Shown one piece after another: positions 56,677-64,000 of a DNA stretch of 64,000 nucleotides. Made by a program: the position numbers and the translations under genes. A model generated the notes under the pieces. It was not told the origin of the DNA. It saw nothing but the letters and a program-made list of their open reading frames with translations, and searched no databases. Location: the IMG/VR virus record IMGVR_UViG_3300049491_000383, positions 32,001 to 96,000 of that record; one strand, 5' to 3'. Every line of letters starts with the position of its first letter. Position 1 is the stretch's first letter. This DNA is from a virus.

Positions 56677-57423
56677 TTATTTTTGCGATTGGACGTGTTG
56701 TAACTCTTTGTCAATGAAATCTGCACCACGCTTCAAAAGCCGCTTATAATCCGGAGAATTATTTTTATCTCGGAACATGCCTGCTACGTCATGTACTTCT
56801 AATTCATACTTGAGCATTTTGTGTGCCTTGTTTCGTGCCTCAATCTGTGGCAGGGCTGCAAGACGTTTGATCTTTGGTACAAGAGAATTTAGGACTTGGA
56901 CAAATCTAGCATTTATTTCTGCAGGCTGCGCCAGATACTTCATATCTGGAGCATAAGGATCGTTCTTCGACTTTCTATATTCTTTATCTTTAGGAGTTGA
57001 ATATCGCTTACTTGCTGCTACTCTGTATTCAGATTTAACATCGTCCAACATGTGTCTAAGTTCATGAGCTATCGTAGACTTCATGAAATCCGATGATAGA
57101 TAATCAGAGTTAAATATCATTGATTTAGTATTTGCATCCCAGAGGCCGCCAGGTGCATCTTTAGTGCCCGGATTTTCTTTTCTGACACGATCCAATAATG
57201 CAGAGTCGGACATGATGACAATCTTTATGTCATCTATTCCCTCAAATGGTGTGTCGAGGATTTGCCCAATCTTCCCTACATACAATGTTTCAGTATTTTC
57301 GTCGTCCCAATCTAAATCCTGATCTGCATATTTTTGCAGGAAAGAATAAAGCGGGTCAGCTAGGGAGATTAGTGCCCTATCTTCTTCTGTAGTTTCAACT
57401 AGGAATAATTCTTGCAGTCTCAT
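56677..57423 (-). CDS. Hypothetical protein with an HExxH metallopeptidase-like motif
   Basis: STIAHELRH, Y..QPAEINA; MRLQELF N-terminus; late promoter at 57442-57449. Confidence 0.65.
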   Translation of the reverse strand: MRLQELFLVETTEEDRALISLADPLYSFLQKYADQDLDWDDENTETLYVGKIGQILDTPFEGIDDIKIVIMSDSALLDRVRKENPGTKDAPGGLWDANTKSMIFNSDYLSSDFMKSTIAHELRHMLDDVKSEYRVAASKRYSTPKDKEYRKSKNDPYAPDMKYLAQPAEINARFVQVLNSLVPKIKRLAALPQIEARNKAHKMLKYELEVHDVAGMFRDKNNSPDYKRLLKRGADFIDKELQHVQSQK

Positions 57424-57454
57424 AGCGTATCCTTGATACGCTATTTATCACAAA

Positions 57455-57841
57455 TCAGGTAACAGCAACACCACGAAGAATGTCAAACTCGTTTGGACGA
57501 AGTTTGAGTTCAATCATGATATCGCGGCGCTCTTCGTCTGTCTTTTTGATCCAGGCAGTCATAGACTTTTCATCACCACGCATATAGGATGGCATATTGC
57601 CATCAATCCATTTAGCAAGGTCCTTGAAACTCCTACCGCTCCATGAACTATCAGCTCGTAGTATGGCTGTCTGAAAGTTATTCTTCAGCACTGCTTCCAG
57701 AAAGCTCCCTGGTGGCAATCCATAAGCCATGTAGTTCCACAATCCTTCCCGAATAGCATCTGGAACAGAATCAAAATAGGCAAATGTTGCCGTAAATTGC
57801 GGATGGATTGATCTGTAGTCCATAAGTGGCCTATATTCCAT
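57455..57841 (-). CDS. Conserved phage hypothetical protein
   Basis: YMAYGLPPGSFLEAVLKN...RAD. Confidence 0.7.
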   Translation of the reverse strand: MEYRPLMDYRSIHPQFTATFAYFDSVPDAIREGLWNYMAYGLPPGSFLEAVLKNNFQTAILRADSSWSGRSFKDLAKWIDGNMPSYMRGDEKSMTAWIKKTDEERRDIMIELKLRPNEFDILRGVAVT

Positions 57842-58018
57842 TAATGGATCTTGAATCCAGTAAGGTTAAGCAACCAGCCAAGAACGTAGAGCAGGGCCAA
57901 CAATGGCCACGCAATTCCGAGCAGTAACGAGTCCTGTTTGGAGACAGAACTCTCGCGTGTGCGGTAAGCAACGATTCCACCAATCAGAAAATAAATCAAC
58001 AGTGCAGTTAAAATCATA

Positions 58019-59104
58019 TCAATCCTCTTCCTTTAATAGGAATTTGTTGCTGATGGTTTTGAAACTAAAACCACCATCCATTCTCTTGTAAACAAGACCT
58101 TCACGAATCGCATGCTTGATGCTAGGACCTTCTGCAAATGCAAGCAACTTATCCACATCAAACAACCCGAATTCATACAATGGAACATCCATATGCAGAA
58201 CAGGGACATGATGTACCATCTCGCGATTTACACCTCGTGCCCAAAGCTCATCCAAAATCAGATGACGTTCTCTCGGAGGTACATAACCACCTGTGGTAAT
58301 ATTGAAGATGTCAAACACAAACAATTTATGCGAAGCAAATGCCTCACGATTCTTCTGTATACCCGGGCCCATGAGCTCAGCTTGTACAGCAAAATCTCTG
58401 TCAAAAGAGCGCATAATATCGTGTAGCCCGCTGTCTACAAACATGCGTACCAAACTATTGTGCTCGTTTTTAGGATCATCCAACTTCAGTTCCCAATTAC
58501 GACCGCAAACACCCGGAACACCATCCTTTACAAATGCAGTAAAGGAAGTACCATCGAACTTCATGCTGATTTCGTAACGTGCATCCGCGTTATCAACAAA
58601 GATATCGCGCTTCATGTTTTGGCAACGTTCCTGATCAGTCTTTCGAATGAATGCAGGGAAGTTACCCTTCACTTGACCAGCAAGTTCTGTAGGAATGGCA
58701 GCTTCATACTTCTGGATATCCAACAAGTCAGATACGTCGGTGCCGACCATAAAGAACTCTGAAAGTTCCTGTCCTTCATCTTCGTCGGAATCAATAAAGT
58801 CGTTGAAGAACAAATTCACAGGTAATGCAAGGCCCTGGCTGAGCTGACCACGCAACTTAATAGTCTTGATACGGAAACCCTCACGCTCTCCCATTCTCTT
58901 GGAGGAGTTTCTGCGCAAGATTTCGAATTCGGGACGGACAGGCAAATGGCTGTCGATTTCAAAGTAGACACACAAATCGCCCACATTGAATTCAGACTTC
59001 TTTACCACGCATTGCCAGCCATCAATTTTTGCCAGCTGAACTAAGTCCGCACCTTCGATAGGTAGCAGATCATCAATCCTACGTATTGTTGCAAGCTTTC
59101 TCAT
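58019..59104 (-). CDS. RNA ligase (DRB0094/Rnl2-like) with an N-terminal OB domain
   Basis: RKLATIRRI, YFEIDS, LRGQLSQGL, KTDQER, KFDGTS, AELMGPGIQKN, REGLVYK, FKTISN. Confidence 0.9.
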   Translation of the reverse strand: MRKLATIRRIDDLLPIEGADLVQLAKIDGWQCVVKKSEFNVGDLCVYFEIDSHLPVRPEFEILRRNSSKRMGEREGFRIKTIKLRGQLSQGLALPVNLFFNDFIDSDEDEGQELSEFFMVGTDVSDLLDIQKYEAAIPTELAGQVKGNFPAFIRKTDQERCQNMKRDIFVDNADARYEISMKFDGTSFTAFVKDGVPGVCGRNWELKLDDPKNEHNSLVRMFVDSGLHDIMRSFDRDFAVQAELMGPGIQKNREAFASHKLFVFDIFNITTGGYVPPRERHLILDELWARGVNREMVHHVPVLHMDVPLYEFGLFDVDKLLAFAEGPSIKHAIREGLVYKRMDGGFSFKTISNKFLLKEED

Positions 59105-59172
59105 AAGACACCTATTTTACATTAGTACAAATGGAAATGCTACCTTCCCAGGTAGCATTTCCGGCGAGTTAA

Positions 59173-59376
59173 TTACTCGTCTTCATCGTCTCGGTAGTTG
59201 CGATAAGGACTTGCGTATCGAGCGTCTACCAATACTCCGGGCTGTCTTGGGTCTCTTACCCAAATCGCATTTTCACAGCTTGCGGACCATTTACATTTGT
59301 TGCAACCACTCCAGAAGTTGTCTTCCCACATGGTTGCTTCATCTGTATTCCCACACTTGGGGCAACGAACGCCCAT
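59173..59376 (-). CDS. Small zinc-ribbon protein
   Basis: CPKCG...CNKC; TAATG coupling. Confidence 0.55.
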   Translation of the reverse strand: MGVRCPKCGNTDEATMWEDNFWSGCNKCKWSASCENAIWVRDPRQPGVLVDARYASPYRNYRDDEDE

Positions 59377-60299
59377 TACTTCTTCTTGGTAGCGACAGCC
59401 GGGGTCGGCAGGTCGTAGTAGGCCCACTTACCCTTGTTGGCTGCATCCACTTGTGCCCAGGCCGGGTGAGCGCCATCAGCATCTTGGAAGACACCGATGT
59501 TGTCATACACACACTTGCGGAAGCTGGCCAACATGCCAAGCTTGTCCGGAGTGTTGTAGGTACGTGTCACCAGCAGAGCTTCAGTGGCAATCGTGCCAAC
59601 TGCGGTCGGGCTCAGCTTCGGATACGACAGCTTGTCAGCCACATACACAGTCTTCAGCAGTTCCACAGTCTTCGGCTGGAAACCCACGAGCTTGAACTCG
59701 GCACCCAGCGCCTTGACGTTGCCCAGGGGTTGACCACCAACCATCATCACGCCTTGCACTTGACCAGCTTTCAACAGGGCGAGAGCTTCATCATTGTCCT
59801 TGGCAGGAACAACAGTGTAGTTCACCTGACCTTGCAGCTTCACCAGCTGGGCGGTAATCATGGAACCACCTGCGGCAGCAACCTTCATGTTGGCAAGGTC
59901 TTCCACAGTATTGAACACAACTTCCTTGCCGCCGAAGCCAGCAACGCCACCACTCTTCAGACCCGAAGCCGACAACACAACAACGTGAGCCGCTTCACGG
60001 TTGAAAGCAACCAGCGTCTTGATGTTGCCCAGGTCGCGGCCTTGTGCCGAAGCGAACAGTGCATCGGTCTGCATGAATGCAGCGCCAACTTCCTTGCCGC
60101 TCAGCTTGTCGAGGTTTTCCAGCGAACCGCTCGAAGGAACTTCGATCATCGCCATTTGGTCACCGCACTTTTCAGCAATGTTGGCGAACAGCGCGTGGTA
60201 AGTACCCTTCGGACCACCAGTTGCCACCTTCACTTGTTGAGCTTGTGCGGCCATTGCACATACAGCCAGCACGGCTGCAAAAATCATCTTTTGTTTCAT
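59376..60299 (-). CDS. TAXI-family TRAP solute-binding protein
   Basis: Signal peptide, VATGGPKGTY, GSLENL, FMQTD, E.AHVVV. Confidence 0.8.
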   Translation of the reverse strand: MKQKMIFAAVLAVCAMAAQAQQVKVATGGPKGTYHALFANIAEKCGDQMAMIEVPSSGSLENLDKLSGKEVGAAFMQTDALFASAQGRDLGNIKTLVAFNREAAHVVVLSASGLKSGGVAGFGGKEVVFNTVEDLANMKVAAAGGSMITAQLVKLQGQVNYTVVPAKDNDEALALLKAGQVQGVMMVGGQPLGNVKALGAEFKLVGFQPKTVELLKTVYVADKLSYPKLSPTAVGTIATEALLVTRTYNTPDKLGMLASFRKCVYDNIGVFQDADGAHPAWAQVDAANKGKWAYYDLPTPAVATKKK

Positions 60300-60324
60300 G
60301 TTACTCTTTCTGTGTTGAATGTGT

Positions 60325-60477
60325 TTAGTTAATCTTCAGGCCTTGCAACGCACCAGCATTGGGATCAACCTGTTGCGTATTGCTCGTTGGATGCGGTGCG
60401 CTGTCATCGTATGTCAAAACATACACCGCAACAAGAATTGCCAGAACAAACAATGTTCCAAAAATTCGTGCTTTCAT
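60325..60477 (-). CDS. Small membrane protein (50 aa)
   Basis: MKARIFGTLFVLAILVAVYVL; TAAATG coupling. Confidence 0.55.
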   Translation of the reverse strand: MKARIFGTLFVLAILVAVYVLTYDDSAPHPTSNTQQVDPNAGALQGLKIN

Positions 60478-61293
60478 TTAGCGACTCACTTTCTGTGTTT
60501 CGCGAACTTGCGTTACAGGGATCTCCAGTACCACAGATTCACTATGACCTAATTGTGCTGCAGGTTGGGCAGGCTTGTCGACCGCATCTACATCCAGGGC
60601 CGCTGCAACTTCAAGTTGAGCGAATGCCATGTTCATGGATTCAAAGACCGCATCACATGCTGTATCAGCCTTCAACTTCTCGAATGCATCACCAGTGTCC
60701 ATACCAGCGGCACGGTTGGCTTCAATCGCGTCCTTGGACATTTCGTAATATGCCTTCATTTCTTCCAGCTTGTTGTCGCCGTCTTCCAGTGAAGTCTGTG
60801 CTTCGGAAAGCGCCTTCTTCTTGCGTTCAACCAAATCAGTCATACGTGCAAGTTGGGTCTCGAATTCATGGGCGCGGGCAGGATACTTCAATTTGAACTT
60901 TTCAACCTTGTCCTTGAAATTGGAGCGTGCAGTGATAGCTTGAGTTACCGAAGCCTTGAAGACATTGTATGCCTGCTTCTTTGCGATAAGCAATGCTGTC
61001 AATGTTTCAATTGGGTTCTGTTCCGCTGCGGCAGTAACCTTTTGAATGTGCTCAACCTTCTCAGCATCGATAAGGCGATACTTCCAGTTTGCAACCTTGA
61101 GTGCAAACCACGGAGAAAGCTGGACGAGGACAAATGCAATTGCGGCGGCAACGCCAAGACCTACCAAGCCGCCAATTGCCATGAAGATGAACGGCGCCAC
61201 GATTAGGCCGATAACACCCATGCCAGCAAGGGTGGCGATAAGCTTCAGACGGTTGTGTTTCTGTTCAATCAATGCGGGAGTTTGTGTTTCCAC
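60478..61293 (-). CDS. Membrane-anchored coiled-coil protein (PspA-like body)
   Basis: Two TM helices then a long coiled coil; sigma70 promoter upstream. Confidence 0.7.
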   Translation of the reverse strand: METQTPALIEQKHNRLKLIATLAGMGVIGLIVAPFIFMAIGGLVGLGVAAAIAFVLVQLSPWFALKVANWKYRLIDAEKVEHIQKVTAAAEQNPIETLTALLIAKKQAYNVFKASVTQAITARSNFKDKVEKFKLKYPARAHEFETQLARMTDLVERKKKALSEAQTSLEDGDNKLEEMKAYYEMSKDAIEANRAAGMDTGDAFEKLKADTACDAVFESMNMAFAQLEVAAALDVDAVDKPAQPAAQLGHSESVVLEIPVTQVRETQKVSR

Positions 61294-61322
61294 TGTATGT
61301 CCTTTCTGTGTTAGACCATCAT

Positions 61323-61351
61323 ACTATATAAGTATGTCAATCTTGTGTCAA
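61323..61351 (-). promoter_or_regulatory. Sigma70-like early promoter
   Basis: TTGACA-17nt-TATAGT. Confidence 0.7.
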
Positions 61352-61358
61352 TCAAACC

Positions 61359-61442
61359 TGGTACCCCAACCCGGACTCGAACCGGGACGCCTCTCAGCAG
61401 CAGATTTTGAGTCTGCCGTGTCTACCATTCCACCATCAGGGC
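61359..61442 (-). tRNA. tRNA-Leu(CAA)
   Basis: Loop ctCAAaa, variable arm, CCA. Confidence 0.93.
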
Positions 61443-61810
61443 ATTTTGAATAACGTCTTGTGTGCGTATTTATTCGTTTCTCTAACTTCGTTGTGCAATA
61501 AATGTTCCCACTCAATGCCCAATTCTTTCAACTTAGCAATTGCTTCATCTCGTGTGACTCTGATACGGAATCTCTTATCGGTTTCACTGTGTTCGTAAGG
61601 AGCAACATATCCTTCAGTATGACTACGTTCATACATAAGACCTTCTTTTGCAAGCAATGAAAGGCAACGATGAATATGTCCTCGATTTTCGCCTGGAAAA
61701 TGAAAGCAAAACTGTGATAGTCCAAAGCCAGAGCCATAGGCTGGATTATTTTGAAGTGCCCTGATTAGCAGCACCTCTTCACGAACTTTATCGAGGAGTT
61801 TTGGATCCAC
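61436..61810 (-). CDS. Hypothetical (winged-helix-like) protein
   Basis: RGHIHRCLSLLAKEGLM. Confidence 0.55.
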   Translation of the reverse strand: MDPKLLDKVREEVLLIRALQNNPAYGSGFGLSQFCFHFPGENRGHIHRCLSLLAKEGLMYERSHTEGYVAPYEHSETDKRFRIRVTRDEAIAKLKELGIEWEHLLHNEVRETNKYAHKTLFKMP

Positions 61811-62039
61811 GTTGCTTCTCTTGTTGATAATTTACATAGCTAGTGCGAAATGCGTCAGAGAGAAATGCATACAAAATTGTGCCCCAGAAAGAAAGGGCTG
61901 CAATTGTAAGCACGACTCCAATAATGACATGGACTGCGTAAGAAGCTCCAACAACTAATACAGTTACCAGCATACACGGAAGTATCAATGCAGGATCCCT
62001 ACCAAATGCACGCTTAATAAGCCAACGAATGTGATCCAT
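61788..62039 (-). CDS. Membrane protein
   Basis: Two hydrophobic helices. Confidence 0.55.
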   Translation of the reverse strand: MDHIRWLIKRAFGRDPALILPCMLVTVLVVGASYAVHVIIGVVLTIAALSFWGTILYAFLSDAFRTSYVNYQQEKQRGSKTPR

Positions 62040-62040
62040 A

Positions 62041-62439
62041 TTAGAAGAGTGGCAGATTGCCAGTTATAAGGTTGATTTTGGCGGCGTCATCGGGACCGAC
62101 GCCTACAGCAGTAAGTGTAGGCACGCCATTAAATTCTGTCAAGCCTGCATCTGTAATCAATGCTGTAGCGATACCCGCCTTCTTTGCTTGATTGTAGATT
62201 TCGGCAAGTTGGTCATCTGTTTCTACATAACAGGTAATCTTTGTAAACCTACCAATGATCCATTCATAGACAAAGGGATTTTCAAGATTGATAACGAAAT
62301 TCTGGCACTCGGGATCCATCCGACCAAGTGATAACAGGGCACCAAGACTTGCATGGGCACCCTGTGCAACATATTTTCCTGTTCGTAGATTTTGCGATTT
62401 AGGAAACTTCTTCATTACCAATACTTGCTTACTCGCCAT
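62041..62439 (-). CDS. Peptidyl-tRNA hydrolase, Pth2 family
   Basis: KQVLV, GKYVAQGAHA, DAGLTEF, TAVGVGP, TGNLPL. Confidence 0.9.
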   Translation of the reverse strand: MASKQVLVMKKFPKSQNLRTGKYVAQGAHASLGALLSLGRMDPECQNFVINLENPFVYEWIIGRFTKITCYVETDDQLAEIYNQAKKAGIATALITDAGLTEFNGVPTLTAVGVGPDDAAKINLITGNLPLF

Positions 62440-62686
62440 ACAATGTCCAGTATATTTTGAATGCGTTGAAATCGTCTTCAGTTTCAAATTCTAAAGCATC
62501 AACGTCTTCAGGATTATCATTATCAATAATCGAGCCGTGATATTTCTTAATAGCCTTATCGAGTTCAAAATTCATTAAGGCTTGTTTATGCGTAGGTATA
62601 TCTTTTGTAGTACACAAGACAAAGTTTCTCCACCAGACAGGGCAGGCGGAGAAACATGTGAACATGGTGAAGTCGATCTTCACCAT
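62429..62686 (-). CDS. Hypothetical protein
   Basis: C-terminal EFETEDDFNAFKIYW motif. Confidence 0.55.
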   Translation of the reverse strand: MVKIDFTMFTCFSACPVWWRNFVLCTTKDIPTHKQALMNFELDKAIKKYHGSIIDNDNPEDVDALEFETEDDFNAFKIYWTLYGE

Positions 62687-62693
62687 GTTGGAC

Positions 62694-63311
62694 TTACTTC
62701 AGTGCAGCAACAGCCGAGTCGTACACCTTGTGGTACACGCCGCGGAAGAACTTGGTTACCAGCAGTTGGATACCGTTGATCAGGTCGCCGACGATGTTTT
62801 CCACCATGGAGAACGGCCAAATCATGATCCACGCAGTGATGGTGCCAAGCATTGCCTTCGGATGAAGTTGTGCCAGAACACGTTCCTTGTTGGAGGCACT
62901 GGTGTCACGGTTGGCTTCAACCACCTTCTCGGCGTGACGCTTGTATCGCCAGAAGCTCCAGAACAGGCCGATTGCAATGTAAGCAACAGCACCAATTCCA
63001 AGCGCGATCAGGGAGACGTTGAAGAACAGGTATGCGACGCCCATCGAAACCAACGCAGCAAACACAGCCCAGCCACGTGCGCCGTTGTGTTCAAACAAAA
63101 TGCCAAGCACGATCAGCGCAATCAGCGCCGGCCATGTAAGCAGGAAGCCTGCAGCGAAGGCAAAGAGAGAAGCGAAGAAGCCGACTTCAACGGCAGTAGT
63201 GACAGCACCAACAACTGGTGCAGATGCTGCAACAGCCGGAGCAACCGTACCAGCGAATGCAGCCGATGCGCCCAACATAGCGGTCAGAGCCGCCAGAGAT
63301 TTCTTAAACAT
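62694..63311 (-). CDS. Multi-pass membrane protein
   Basis: Signal peptide plus several TM helices; AAAGGA RBS. Confidence 0.7.
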   Translation of the reverse strand: MFKKSLAALTAMLGASAAFAGTVAPAVAASAPVVGAVTTAVEVGFFASLFAFAAGFLLTWPALIALIVLGILFEHNGARGWAVFAALVSMGVAYLFFNVSLIALGIGAVAYIAIGLFWSFWRYKRHAEKVVEANRDTSASNKERVLAQLHPKAMLGTITAWIMIWPFSMVENIVGDLINGIQLLVTKFFRGVYHKVYDSAVAALK

Positions 63312-63359
63312 GTGTATCCTTTGTGTGTTAATAAGTGAGCGCACCTATTGCGCCCACTA

Positions 63360-63388
63360 ACTATAAGTGCAGTCGACCTTAATGTCAA
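63360..63388 (-). promoter_or_regulatory. Sigma70-like early promoter
   Basis: TTGACA-17nt-TATAGT. Confidence 0.7.
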
Positions 63389-63394
63389 CGTGGT

Positions 63395-63784
63395 TTAGAA
63401 TGCACCAGCCTTGTAGGACATTGTGGCTGCGGTGAAACTACGCTTCCACGACCACTCGTCAAGAACAAGTTGGTTGAACACGTCTTCTTCAACTTCAATA
63501 ACATCCTCTACCGACAATTCCAACATACGGATTGCACGCTTGTAATCATTCTCGTAGGACACGGGTGCGCCGGGCATGCTCTTCATCTTCTTGAAGTCTT
63601 CCAGATCAGCAGTCTTGGCAAGCTTTACATTGCCTTGTGCAATCTGCAGTACCAACTTCTTGTAATCCTCAACGGATTCAACAAATTGTGCAACGTGTGT
63701 AATCTTGTTGGCTTGCACAATGGCAAGCAACTCAAGACGATTCATTTTGATGGCGTTCATAACATTCCTCGATGGGTTTAGCAT
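63395..63784 (-). CDS. Conserved phage hypothetical protein
   Basis: Start reset to MLNPS because the longer ORF overlaps a tRNA; YKRAIRMLELSV..FNQLVLDEWSW. Confidence 0.75.
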   Translation of the reverse strand: MLNPSRNVMNAIKMNRLELLAIVQANKITHVAQFVESVEDYKKLVLQIAQGNVKLAKTADLEDFKKMKSMPGAPVSYENDYKRAIRMLELSVEDVIEVEEDVFNQLVLDEWSWKRSFTAATMSYKAGAF

Positions 63785-63800
63785 ATTTGATCTTTCTTGA

Positions 63801-63893
63801 TGGCGGATGGGTAGGGAATCGAACCCTCGGCAGTTTTCACCACTCCACTTACTTTCCAAGTAAGGCTTGTATCCCAGACAAGATACCGCATCC
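63801..63893 (-). tRNA. tRNA-Ser(GGA), with mismatches
   Basis: Loop ttGGAaa, long variable arm, G73-CCA; TTGACA-17-TATACT promoter at 63903-63931. Confidence 0.8.
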
Positions 63894-64000
63894 AGATATG
63901 AAAGTATACACGAACGTGATACTTATGTCAACCTTTTAGCCAAGCAATGCTGCTACCAAAAGATACTCTTCTACTAACTCTATGTCGTTATTTATTCTTA

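Noticed and set aside
59211-60332. 373-aa plus-strand ORF
   Set aside because: Antisense shadow of the TAXI gene, explained by its biased codon usage; no RBS or recognisable motifs.
62658-63338. 226-aa plus-strand ORF
   Set aside because: Antisense to a well-formed membrane protein gene with its own promoter and RBS.
63785-63859. N-terminal extension of ORF 63395..63859 (and likewise of 53385..53651)
   Set aside because: The extensions run through tRNA genes; downstream ATGs are the more plausible starts.

Overview
This window is 64 kb of a large T4-related (jumbo-type) myovirus genome, almost all encoded on the minus strand in the standard genetic code. The left half (1-34 kb) is conserved core: gp41 helicase, gp61 primase, a short DnaE-like protein, UvsW/UvsY/UvsX, gp32, large and small terminase, head-completion nuclease, tail tube, tail sheath, neck protein, dNMP kinase and tandem virion-like paralogs. 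The right half is accessory: rIIA/rIIB, three of the four HNH-type endonucleases, 13 CCA-encoding tRNAs, DHFR, glutaredoxin, NADAR, a radical SAM enzyme, 2OG-Fe(II)-like enzymes, an RNA ligase, Pth2 and a TAXI solute-binding protein. Two promoter classes are visible: sigma70-like TTGACA-17-TAnnnT and a T4-late-like (G/C)ATAAATA. The most striking system lies at 54.2-56.6 kb. A Ro60/TROVE-related vWA (DUF2828-type) gene is preceded by three non-coding RNA elements containing four copies of a shared 'closing stem + (A/C)C(A/C)GCAA' module. The element nearest the gene is a circularly permuted tRNA mimic with Y-RNA (YrlA) architecture. Other highlights are a tRNA-Ile(UAU) with an extra arm displaying GAU, four ORFs whose stop codons lie inside tRNA 5' ends, two unexplained structured RNAs and a probable A10 frameshift. 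All product calls come from motif recognition by eye; no database search was run.
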